64,000 nt of DNA. Source: Lama glama (lineage: Eukaryota). Numbering within the stretch: position 1 is the stretch's first letter; each line of letters begins with the position of its first letter. The stretch lies in contig CM052831.1 in assembly GCA_028534125.1 (NCBI GenBank), positions 23,746,001 to 23,810,000 on the forward strand. The letters are read 5' to 3'. Shown here piece after piece: positions 36,500 to 47,800 of this stretch. The notes under the pieces are model-generated. The model searched no databases, had not been told where the DNA came from, and saw only the letters and a list, made by a program, of their open reading frames with translations. Made by a program: the position numbers and the translations under genes.

Positions 36500-39400
36500 A
36501 GGGTCCTCATGTAGAGACACGGGACGGTACCACCAGAGCCCTTCCAACAGCTCTCCGTAGTCACGTGAGGCCCTCGGGGGCGGAGCCCACGGGAACCCCG
36601 CCTCCCGGAAGTCAGGGGCTGGGGGCTAAGAATGTGCTGTCTGACTGGTTGATGGTGATGTCATAGGTACCATTTGGGGCGGGCCAGAGGCCTTATCCTG
36701 GAGTTCTCCGCCGGTTCCAAGCAGGAGCCGCGCCCCTTGGAGTATTTCGGCACTCAGCCCTTAACCTCTCCGCGGTCCAGGGACGCCTGCGCCGTTTTCC
36801 CGATGAGCTGCAGCCCGTTGTCGCTGCTGCCTTTGCAGACTTTGCAGAGCACCTCCTGGGTTATTTCTCCGGGCTATCCTGGAACCCGCGGAGCCCCCTC
36901 CCACCAAACAATGAGTCCGCCATAGGGGCGGAGCCACCCATTGTGCCAATAGAAACAGTGAATTTTCGATAGGAACGGTCGGCTTTCCCTGCCCTCCCGC
37001 CCTGACTTGTCTTCTGTGACGTCTATTCCGCGGCGTTTGCCATTGGTCAGGCAGCCCGACGTCAGCCAGGAGTTACACAGCGCCAGGAGAACTGAGCTTC
37101 TATTAGTCCCTTCAACGGATTAAGGGACGCGGTCGTAGCGGGAGAGGGGCGGGGACCCGAGGAAGCCGGGTCCGTAGGCTTGTGGCAACGCCGGGTTCCA
37201 CGTGGCATTCCAGAGCACTCGAGACTCGCCGCCTGGAGACGGGTGTAGCTTCCAGTGGAAGAGCCCCAGCCAAGGAGACTGCTGTGGGTCGGCAAGGCCG
37301 GGAAGAGTTTGGCCTCTGCTTCCGCCTCGGGCAGGTCACCTCCTATCCCTGCTCCGTGGGGCGCTCCAAGCAGATGGTCGCGACATGTTTCATGACTTAA
37401 AACTCAATGATCGAATAGTTAAAGTTATTTTGGGGGCTGGAGGCGCCCCAGGCCCCGTCGAGCCATCGTCCCCTCCAAACCCAGGATTCCACATGGTATT
37501 CCCACCCAATAGTCGTGAGAACGCGTTCTCTGCATGTCATGGGCACCAAATTTTCAGACCAAAATCCGGGACAGGCAGGGTTTGGAACTAGTGCTCAGGA
37601 AGGGGGACAAGAGATACACAAGCAGAGGAAAGGCTGGGAGACGGAGCTGGGACAGCGCTCTAGAGGGAGGGAGGCGGATGAGGGCGGTGGCCACGAGGAG
37701 GAGGGTGGATCCAGGGGTGGTGAACCTTCGCGCCCTGTTCAGCACCGTGGGTAGCACTTATACCCTGCCCTCAATAAAGATGGCTGCAACAACTTCGGTA
37801 TATAGAGCTGCCATGCGCGACGGCCTGTACCATTGGGTTTGGGGCTTCCGGGCGGAGGTGGAATGAACCATCACAGCGGCCGGGAGCCATGTTGGAGCGG
37901 CGGGAGGCGGCAGCAGCGTCGGGGATGCTATGGTGGGGGCAGCAAAAGCCGGGCCCACACGTCAAAGGGGCTCTGGCCACGGAGTAGATGGTGTCCAGAG
38001 GGTGGCGGCGGCGCGGAGCGACGGGCAGAGAGGCGGGGGATTGGGGCGGCGGAAGGGGTTCGGGTGGGGGCCCGAGCAGCGAGGCGGGCCCAAGGTCTGG
38101 ACCCGGGCGGGGGACGGTGGAGGCGGTGTGGGGAAGTGGTGGGTGATGGCGAGGCGGCAGCCGTGGTGGGGTCTCAGGGGGCCGACGACCCCACTACTCC
38201 TGCTCCTGCTCCTCCTCTCTTTGTTCCCTCTTAGCCAGGAGGAGCTGGGGGGCTGCAAGGGCCAAGACTGGGACCCGGGGGTAGTTGCCGCTACTGGGCC
38301 AGGGGCGCGGATCGGTGGCGGAGCCTTAGCTCTTTGTCCCGAGCCGCCTGGGGTCCGAGAGGATGGAGAGCCTGGCCTGGGATTCAGGGAACCTGCCTTC
38401 GTGGGGCTCCGAAGGGAAAAGCAAAGCGCCCAAAGCGGTCGAAAGCCCTCTGAGCAGCCGAGGCTGGAAGCAGAATACGGGGTCCAGGCATTTGGCAGCC
38501 GCGGGCGGGAGACAGGACAAGGACCAGGATCTCTGTTATGCTGGCGCCCAGAGGTCTCCTCTTGTGGGCGGACAGGGTCCTTGCGAAGAGAGAGTCTGTC
38601 GCCAGAGGCTCTGTCCCCAGGGGTCTCGGGTCCTGAGAACAGCTCTCCCTTCCCTTCGGACCTTCTCGTTCGGCTGCGTGGTTCCCAGTCGATGTCCTCC
38701 CAGAGGAATATTGGGAGAAGTGACCCCAAAAAAGTGGGAATCACGCGCTGCTGCGGGGAGTTGTGGGCGCCGGGGCGCAGGGGTCAGAGAGAGAGAACCG
38801 CGACATTCCGAGCGAAGAGGACAGTCCCCCAGTCGGACTGCCCTCCCGAGGTTGCGGTATCTGGCTCTGAGCTGGATTCAGCACCTCGCACACCGAGGAC
38901 AGCTCCCGCGTCTGGTTCAGCACCCCGCGAGTCTCGGACAGCTCCCGAGCCGACGCCCGAGCGCATGCGCTCCCATGGTCTCTTCCGCCGCTTCCTTCCG
39001 CAGCGCCCCGGGCCGCGCCCCCCTGGGGTCCCAGCCCCGCCAGGAGTATGGAGAATTTCTCCAGCCGGCCGGGTCCGTCCCCGTCGCGCTGCGAACCGCC
39101 ACCCACAGTTTCCGCAGTACAACTACCAGGCGCTAGTGCCCGAGAATGAGGCGGCGGGTACCGCGGTGCTACGCGTAGTGGCTCAGGACCCAGACGCGGG
39201 TGAGGCCGGGCGCCTAGTCTACTCCCTGGCTGCTCTCATGAACAGCCGCTCTCTGGAGCTGTTCAGCATCGACCCGCAGAGCGGCCTCATCCGCACAGAG
39301 GCCGCTCTGGACCGCGAGAGCATGGATCGCCACTACCTGCGCGTGACAGCACAGGATCACGGCTCGCCGCGCCTCTCAGCCACCACCATGGTGGCCGTTA

Positions 39401-40050
39401 CTGTGGCCGACCGCAACGACCACGCGCCGGTATTTGAGCAGGCGCAATACCGGGAGACGCTTCGTGAGAACGTGGAGGAGGGCTACCCTATCCTGCAGTT
39501 GCGTGCCACAGACGGTGATGCGCCCCCCAACGCCAACCTGCGTTACCGCTTTGTGGGGCCGCCGGCTGCGCGCGCGGCCGCAGCCGCCGCCTTCGAAATT
39601 GATCCGCGCTCGGGTCTCATCAGCACCAGTGGTCGCGTGGACCGCGAGCACATGGAAAACTACGAGCTGGTAGTGGAGGCCAGCGACCAGGGCCAAGAGC
39701 CCGGGCCTCGGTCAGCCACCGTGCGTGTGCACATAACTGTGCTGGATGAGAACGACAACGCGCCCCAGTTTAGCGAGAAGCGCTACGTGGCGCAGGTGCG
39801 CGAAGATGTGCGCCCCCATACGGTGGTGCTACGCGTCACGGCCACCGACCGGGACAAGGACGCCAACGGACTGGTGCATTACAACATCATCAGTGGCAAC
39901 AGCCGCGGCCACTTTGCCATCGACAGCCTCACGGGCGAGATCCAGGTGGTGGCACCTCTGGACTTTGAAGCAGAAAGAGAGTATACCTTGCGCATCCGGG
40001 CTCAGGATGCGGGCCGCCCACCGCTGTCCAACAACACAGGCCTGGCCAGC
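36500..40050. promoter_or_regulatory. Large CpG island covering the CELSR3 promoter and the 5' part of exon 1
   Basis: Sustained CpG enrichment. E-box TCACGTGA 36561, ETS CCGGAAGT 36605, CCAAT 36946, ATTGG 37042, GACGTCA 37058. Confidence 0.85.
37738..37758 (+). promoter_or_regulatory. Canonical-spacing RE1/NRSE (REST site) in the CELSR3 promoter
   Basis: TTCAGCACCGTGGGTAGCACT against consensus TTCAGCACCnnGGACAGCGCC. Lone right half-site GGACAGCGCTC at 37650-37660. Confidence 0.75.
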
Positions 40051-41884
40051 ATCCAGGTGGTGGACATCAATGACCATACTCCTATCTTTGTCAGCACTCC
40101 CTTCCAGGTCTCTGTCCTGGAAAATGCACCTCTGGGCCACTCAGTCATCCACATTCAGGCAGTGGATGCAGACCATGGGGAGAATGCCAGATTGGAGTAC
40201 TCCCTCACTGGTGTGGCACCTGATACACCCTTTGTGATAAACAGTGCCACTGGCTGGGTCTCTGTGAGTGGTCCCCTAGACCGTGAGTCTGTGGAGCATT
40301 ACTTCTTTGGTGTGGAGGCCCGAGACCATGGCTCACCTCCTCTCTCAGCCTCAGCCAGCGTAACGGTGACTGTGCTGGATGTTAACGACAATCGGCCTGA
40401 GTTCACGATGAAGGAGTACCACCTACGGCTGAANNNNNNNNNNNNNNNNNNNNNNNNNNNNNNNNNNNNNNNNNNNNNNNNNNNNNNNNNNNNNNNNNNN
40501 NNNNNNNNNNNNNNNNNNNNNNNNNNNNNNNNNNNNNNNNNNNNNNNNNNNNNNNNNNNNNNNNNNNNNNNNNTGACACTGGCTCTGCCACTGGACTACA
40601 AGCAGGAACGCTACTTCAAGCTGGTGCTAACTGCATCTGACCGTGCCCTTCATGATCACTGCTATGTGCACATCAACATTACAGATGCCAACACTCACCG
40701 ACCTGTCTTTCAAAGTGCCCACTACTCAGTGAGTGTGAATGAGGATAGGCCAGTGGGTAGCACTGTAGTGGTCATCAGTGCCTCTGACGATGATGTGGGT
40801 GAGAATGCTCGAATCACCTATCTCCTGGAAGACAACCTGCCCCAGTTCCGCATTGATGCAGACTCAGGGGCCATTACACTGCAGGCCCCACTGGACTATG
40901 AGGACCAGGTGACCTACACGCTGGCTATTACTGCTCGGGACAATGGAATACCACAGAAGGCAGACACTACTTACGTGGAGGTGATGGTCAATGATGTGAA
41001 TGATAACGCTCCACAGTTTGTGGCCTCCCATTACACAGGGCTGGTCTCTGAGGATGCCCCACCTTTCACCAGTGTCCTGCAGATCTCAGCCACTGACCGG
41101 GATGCTCATGCCAATGGCCGAGTCCAGTATACTTTCCAGAATGGGGAAGATGGGGATGGAGATTTTACCATTGAGCCCACCTCTGGCATTGTCCGAACAG
41201 TGAGGCGGCTGGATCGGGAGGCAGTGCCAGTGTATGAACTGACTGCCTATGCAGTGGACCGAGGCGTGCCCCCGCTTCGGACTCCAGTCAGCATCCAGGT
41301 GACAGTGCAGGATATTAATGACAATGCACCCGTCTTCCCGGCTGAGGAATTTGAGGTGCAAGTGAAGGAGAACAGCATTGTGGGCTCAGTGGTGGCCCAA
41401 ATCACTGCAGTAGACCCTGACGAAGGTCCCAATGCTCATATAATGTACCAGATCGTGGAGGGGAACATCCCTGAGCTGTTCCAAATGGACATCTTCTCTG
41501 GAGAGTTGACGGCACTCATTGACTTGGACTATGAGGCTCGCCAGGAATATGTGATTGTGGTGCAGGCCACATCAACCCCTCTGGTCAGTCGGGCCACTGT
41601 GCACGTCCGCCTGGTTGACCAGAATGACAACAGCCCTGTGCTCAACAACTTTCAGATCCTCTTCAACAATTATGTATCCAACCGCTCAGACACCTTCCCC
41701 TCAGGCATTATTGGGCGCATCCCAGCATACGATCCTGATGTCTCTGACCACCTCTTCTACTCCTTTGAGCGGGGCAATGAGTTGCAGCTGCTAGTGGTCA
41801 ACCAGACCAGCGGGGAGCTTCGACTCAGCCGCAAGCTAGACAACAACCGTCCACTGGTGGCCTCCATGTTGGTGACTGTTACAG
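38146..41884 (+). CDS. CELSR3: CELSR3 exon 1 (signal peptide, prodomain, cadherin repeats; contains 140 N)
   Basis: MARRQPWWGL...MLVTVT; G|gtgagc. Furin-type RVRPRR precedes the first cadherin repeat. Confidence 0.96.
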
Positions 41885-44800
41885 GTGAGCAGCAGAGGGT
41901 AATCAAATGAGCCAGTGACCTCCGGGGCCCCACAAGGCACTTCAAACCAGAGAGATTTCCAAGCCTTCCAAGAATTCCTTAAGTGCTGGGTTCCTTCACC
42001 CCATAGGATCTGCCATAGACCTCACAGGTTAGGTTCATATAGTTTCTTCTTAGGTTCTTGGACGGTCTCCACAGAACCCCAAAGATTCTAGAGCATTAGC
42101 AGATCCCATAAAGACTGTAAAGAACTGTCTGCTTGCTGGTCTAGGGATAGCCCATCTCCCTCTGAAAGGCTGGAGATCCTGGGGTAATGCTCTGGAGGTT
42201 CCAGGAAATGCCACAGGCCAGTCAGCCCACACCACACCCCTATTCAAATGAAGCGTTACTTTAGGTCCAGTCTGACCCTCAACTTACCTGTGGAGGGGAG
42301 GGAGGCCAACAGTTTAGTGGTTGGGAAGCGCAGCTTACTCTGGCAGCTCAGGCATTGAGTGGACCCACACTGGCCTGACTGCTATCCAAGGGGCTGCCTG
42401 AAGCCCTGCCCTTTGGGAAAATGTCCAGAGGTCTACCTGCCTCTTTCCTACCTCCGTGGTCCAGGCTTTCATAAACTTCTCCCTCATAGAAGAGGGCAGG
42501 CAGGAGAGGCTCTTGCAGTCCTGTCTACTGGAGGCTGCAGGGGTTGAGAGACAGACTTTACCAGTGCTCATTCTCAAGTTTTGGAGTATAAATTACAGGC
42601 ACTGCCAAAGAAGGCACATTTTATTTATCCTTCAATTCACTTGTCCCAGGGAGGGGAAGCCCCTGACCCCAGACTGACCTCTTCCCCCACTTCTGCCTGT
42701 AGATGGCCTACATAGTGTGACGGCACAGTGTGTGCTGCGTGTGGTCATCATCACGGAGGAGCTGCTGGCCAACAGCCTGACAGTGCGCCTGGAGAACATG
42801 TGGCAGGAACGCTTCCTATCGCCACTGCTGGGCCACTTCCTGGAAGGCGTGGCCGCGGTACTTGCCACACCCGCGGAGGATGTCTTCATCTTCAATATTC
42901 AGAACGACACGGACGTTGGGGGTACCGTGCTCAATGTGAGCTTCTCGGCGCTGGCGCCGCGGGGATCCGGGGCTGGCGCTGCGGGTCCCTGGTTCAGCTC
43001 TGAGGAGCTGCAGGAGCAGCTGTACGTGCGCCGCGCCGCCCTTGCCGCCCGCTCACTCTTGGACGTGCTGCCCTTTGACGACAACGTGTGCCTGCGCGAG
43101 CCCTGTGAGAACTACATGAAGTGCGTGTCCGTGCTGCGTTTTGACTCGTCTGCACCCTTTCTGGCCTCGGCCTCCACGCTTTTCAGGCCCATCCAGCCCA
43201 TCGCAGGCCTGCGCTGCCGCTGCCCGCCCGGCTTCACCGGAGACTTCTGCGAGACGGAGCTCGACCTCTGCTACTCCAACCCATGCCGCAATGGCGGCGC
43301 CTGCGCGCGGCGCGAGGGAGGCTACACCTGTGTCTGCCGCCCGCGCTTCACAGGTGAGACGGGCGCCAGGCCGGGGTGAACCCAGGCAGAGAGTGGGACA
43401 GAACTATTGTGCAAGCGAGGATTGAGCATCACTCTTGAGGCAACCGGGGTCGGGGCCCTGGACAGGCGGGGCGGTGAGGCTCTGTGGTAGTGGACGGGGC
43501 GGGACCCGGGGAGGGGCGTGGCCGCAGCCGGGCGGGCCAGGCAGAATGGGGGCGTGCCCACAGCGAGCTCGACTTTTCAGAGGTCTTGGCGCTGGCCTGG
43601 AGCACGTGGCCTTCGGAGGGGCGGGGCCCGCTGGAGCATTGGCCTGCGCGGTCTTGACCTCTGACCGCGGCTTGACCCCTAGGCGAAGACTGTGAGTTGG
43701 ACACGGAGGCCGGACGCTGCGTGCCCGGCGTCTGCCGCAACGGGGGTACCTGCGCGGATGGGCCCGACGGCGGCTTCCGCTGCCAGTGCCCAGCGGGTGG
43801 CGCCTTCGAGGGTCCGCGCTGCGAGGTGGCAGCACGCTCCTTCCCGCCCAGTTCGTTCGTCATGTTCCGCGGCCTGCGGCAGCGCTTCCACCTCACGCTG
43901 TCCCTCTCGTAGGTGCCCGCACGCATCTGTGCGCCTGCACGCCTTCCCTACTACCTCCATGACCCTGATACCTGACTGCCCCATCCTGGGGTCCCACAGC
44001 ACACCACCGCTCCCCTGATGGCCTGCCTGACCTCACCCGCTGGTCCCACCCTCTCTTGTCGCTTCCTCTCTTACCCCAGCCTGGGCGGGAACGTCGCGAA
44101 CCTTCTTGTCTCAGGGATGGTGGGTGTGAGGAGGGGTCTGGATCATGACGCACCCGCCCACCCCGCCCAGGTTCGCCACCGTGCAGCCAAGCGGACTGCT
44201 GTTCTACAACGGGCGCCTGAACGAGAAGCACGACTTCCTGGCCTTGGAGCTCGTGGCTGGGCAAGTGCGGCTGACATATTCCACCGGTGGGTGCCCCGGC
44301 AGATGAGTCTGGGGGCAAATGGGTGCAGGTGTGGGTGAGATGGCTGTGGGGTGCAAGTCTCAGGTTCCCTCAGGTTTGCCCCACCGGCACACCTGAACAC
44401 ACACCAAATGCCCAACAGACACTGATGAGGACCACTTTCCCTGTGGGAAAGCTCAGCTCTCCAAGAAGCATGTGCTTCTCCTATCTGTCCAAAAGCACTC
44501 TAGTCCAGCAGTTGTAGTCACCAGTGAGGAGAGTGATCTGATGTATTCAGGGTCACCCTGGGAGTAGCTGTGCCTGCATGCTTGGGTGGGTGGGGGAATT
44601 TAGCAGCTCCAGACAAGCCTCCACACACGTCCACCCCACAGGTGAGTCCAACACAGTGGTCAGCCCCACAGTTCCAGGGGGCCTGAGTGACGGGCAGTGG
44701 CATACAGTGCATCTGAGATACTACAACAAGGTGGGCACCACCCTTGGCATCGGAGTATGGGGGGAGCTGGGATGCCAGATTCTGCCCCTCAGGGGTCACC

Positions 44801-47800
44801 CTGGGGGTCCTGTTGAGTGGTGTACCTGGGTCTCTAGCCCCGGACAGATGCCCTGGGGGGTGCACAGGGCCCCTCCAAGGACAAGGTGGCTGTCCTGAGC
44901 GTGGATGACTGCGATGTGGCCGTGGCTCTGCAGTTTGGTGCTGAGATTGGCAACTACTCATGCGCAGCTGCTGGCATGCAAACAAGCTCCAAGAAGTGAG
45001 GTCCCCAGCCCCTGATCCCCAAGCCTTCTGCCTGCCAAAGCCCACCCCAGCCCTTCACATACTGCCTGCCAAACTCCCCATCATTCCCCAAACCACCAGA
45101 TTTCCCTTTCCCCAGTAGGATGCTGAAACCCTACTTCACCTTAGCCCCCATCTCTGTATTCTACCTCAGACTCCCCACTCCCACACAATCCCACAAAGTC
45201 TCCACTCCCCCGATCTCTAATGCTCCATGTCCCCATCAGCCCCCAGACTCTTCACTCTCCATCCCCTACCCTAGCCACCCAGATGCCTCCCTTTCTCATC
45301 CTAGTCCTCAACACCAGCCTCTCCCACCTTTCCTCAGACCATCTGCCAATCATGAACTGTCCTTTGCACCCCCACAACTAAAGTAAGGACCCAGTTCCTT
45401 CCCCAGCCTGACCTTACTCTCCCCACCAATCATCTTACCCTCTGAGTCCTACCCCCTCCATTTCCTGTGGCCCCCCAGGAGCAAATCTACCCTGGCCCCA
45501 GTCCCACCAATGACTTGGACCCCTGACCTCCAGGTCCCTGGACCTGACGGGCCCTCTGCTCCTGGGGGGTGTCCCCAACCTCCCCGAGAACTTCCCCGTG
45601 TCCCACAAGGACTTTATTGGCTGCATGCGGGACCTGCATATTGATGGCCGCCGAGTGGACATGGCGGCCTTCGTGGCAAACAATGGCACCACAGCAGGTA
45701 GGCCATGTCCGCATCAGAGGGAAAGGGTGGAGGGCTATATGGATTGATTCAAAATCTGACCTCACCCCTGTCTCCTTTCCTGGCAAGGACCATGCCCCAG
45801 CCTAGCTACCAATTCCACCCTCTGAGAGAACATGGGGCTGAGACCATGGCCACTTTCAGCCCCTCTGGTCCCCTGTTTGTCCAGCACTTGTACCCTCACC
45901 ATGTTCTTACATCCTCCATGTGCCTTCCTCTCCCAGGCTGCCAGGCCAAGCTGCACTTTTGTGACTCGGGCCCCTGCAAGAACAGCGGCTTCTGCTCAGA
46001 ACGCTGGGGCGGCTTCAGCTGTGACTGCCCTGTGGGTTTTGGAGGCAAAGACTGTCGGCTCAGTGAGTGGGCAGCCTGGGGCAGGAGGGGCCCACAGGGT
46101 AAGTTCTGTTCTTGAGGTGGGGCTTGTGACCCTGCTTCTTTTATCCCACCAGCCATGGCCCATCCCCACCATTTCCGTGGCAATGGCACTCTGAGCTGGG
46201 ACTTTGGAAATGACATGGCTGTGTCTGTACCATGGTACCTGGGGCTGGCATTTCGGACACGGGCGACGCAGGGTGTCTTGATGCAAGTGCAGGCTGGGCC
46301 ACATAGCACACTTCTCTGTCAGGTGTGTCTGTCCTCCTGATCCTGTCCTCCTGATCCTCCTGTACCCTCAGCTCTCCATCTCTAATGCCACCAGCAACAT
46401 TCCTGTGGGTTCCAGCCTGGTCACACAGCATACTTCTCTGCTAGGTGTCCTGACCATACTTGACTCTGCTCTGGACCCTGGCTTTGACCCACTTCCCCAC
46501 CATGATATCCTCTGCAGGTGCAGGGTACTGACATAGCTCTCATGTGCCATCTACACCAATCCTCAACCCCTGGTCCTTCCCCATGCCCCCTAACTTCACT
46601 CGCAGCAGCGTAGTGTCCCCGGGCACAGTGCCGCATGTGCCAGATATAGCCTTGCCCCTGCTGTTCTGACCTGTGATATTCTTGACCTCAGAGTCCCCTG
46701 ATTTCACCTCCTGACACTCCCAGCTCCAGCCCCACTTGGGGCTCTGACCTCACAGCTGTGCCTCTCTGCCCGCAGCTGAATCAGGGGTTGCTGTCCGTGA
46801 CGGTGACCAGGGGCTCGGGCCGAGCTGCCCACCTCCTTCTGGACAAGGTGACTGTCAGTGACGGCCGATGGCATGATCTGCGGCTGGAGTTGCAGGAAGA
46901 GCCGGGTGGCCGGCGGGGCCACCATGTCCTCATGGTCTCATTGGACTTTAGTCTCTTTCAGGTCTGACCTCTCACTCTGAAGTAGTCCATTCTCAGTCTT
47001 CTGACCAGATCCGCCTCATTTGACCCACCTCTAGTCCAGCTCCTCTCAGTTCCCTCCACTGCACGTAGTCTCATGTCTCCCCCGGCCCTCTCCTCAGATC
47101 CTTGCTCTGAGCACATGCTGCCAGCTAGGCTGGTCCACTGCCAGGCCCTCCTCATGTCAGGGATGCTATGCAGATTTCTGGCCTGGTCTTGGGGAATCTC
47201 TACGGCCAGTGCTTTGCCTAAATCCTGGAAACCTCTTCAGGTCTCTGCTCCGATCTCCCCAGCTCAAAATCCTGGAATTTCAGGGTCTGTTCTGGGTCCA
47301 GGAAAGAGGGATCTGTCTGAGCTCAGCTCTCGACTGAAACCATCCTGTCACTCATCTGCTGTGCTCCAGTAGGTCTTCCATACCTGGGAGCATCTCATGC
47401 CCAGACCGGTCCCCTGGCCCAGAGGGGCAGACAGTGGTCCTGCAGGGCTAGAATAAGGCCAAGACTGACCCTGGGGCAGGGCAGGGGTCCATCAAGTCCC
47501 CCCACACCCCCAATGCTGACTGCTCCCCTCCTCCAGGACACCTTGGCAGTGGGGAATGAGCTGCAGGGCCTGAAGGTAAAGCGACTCCACGTGGGAGGCC
47601 TGCCCCCCAGCAGTGATGAGGAGGATCCTCAGGGGCTGGTTGGCTGTATCCAGGTGGGGGTCAGCATGCGAACATGATATGGGGCATCAGGGTGGGTGGT
47701 CAGAGATCAAGATGCCTTGGGACCTGAAATGCTGCATTCACATGGGGGTTGGCACAGGGGTAGCAGTGTCCGAGAGCCATCAGAGATGGGTCAAGCCTTT

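Noticed and set aside
37962-39136. 260-aa antisense and 257-aa alternative-frame ORFs in CELSR3 exon 1
   Set aside because: Explained by GC content and overlap with a real CDS; no independent support.
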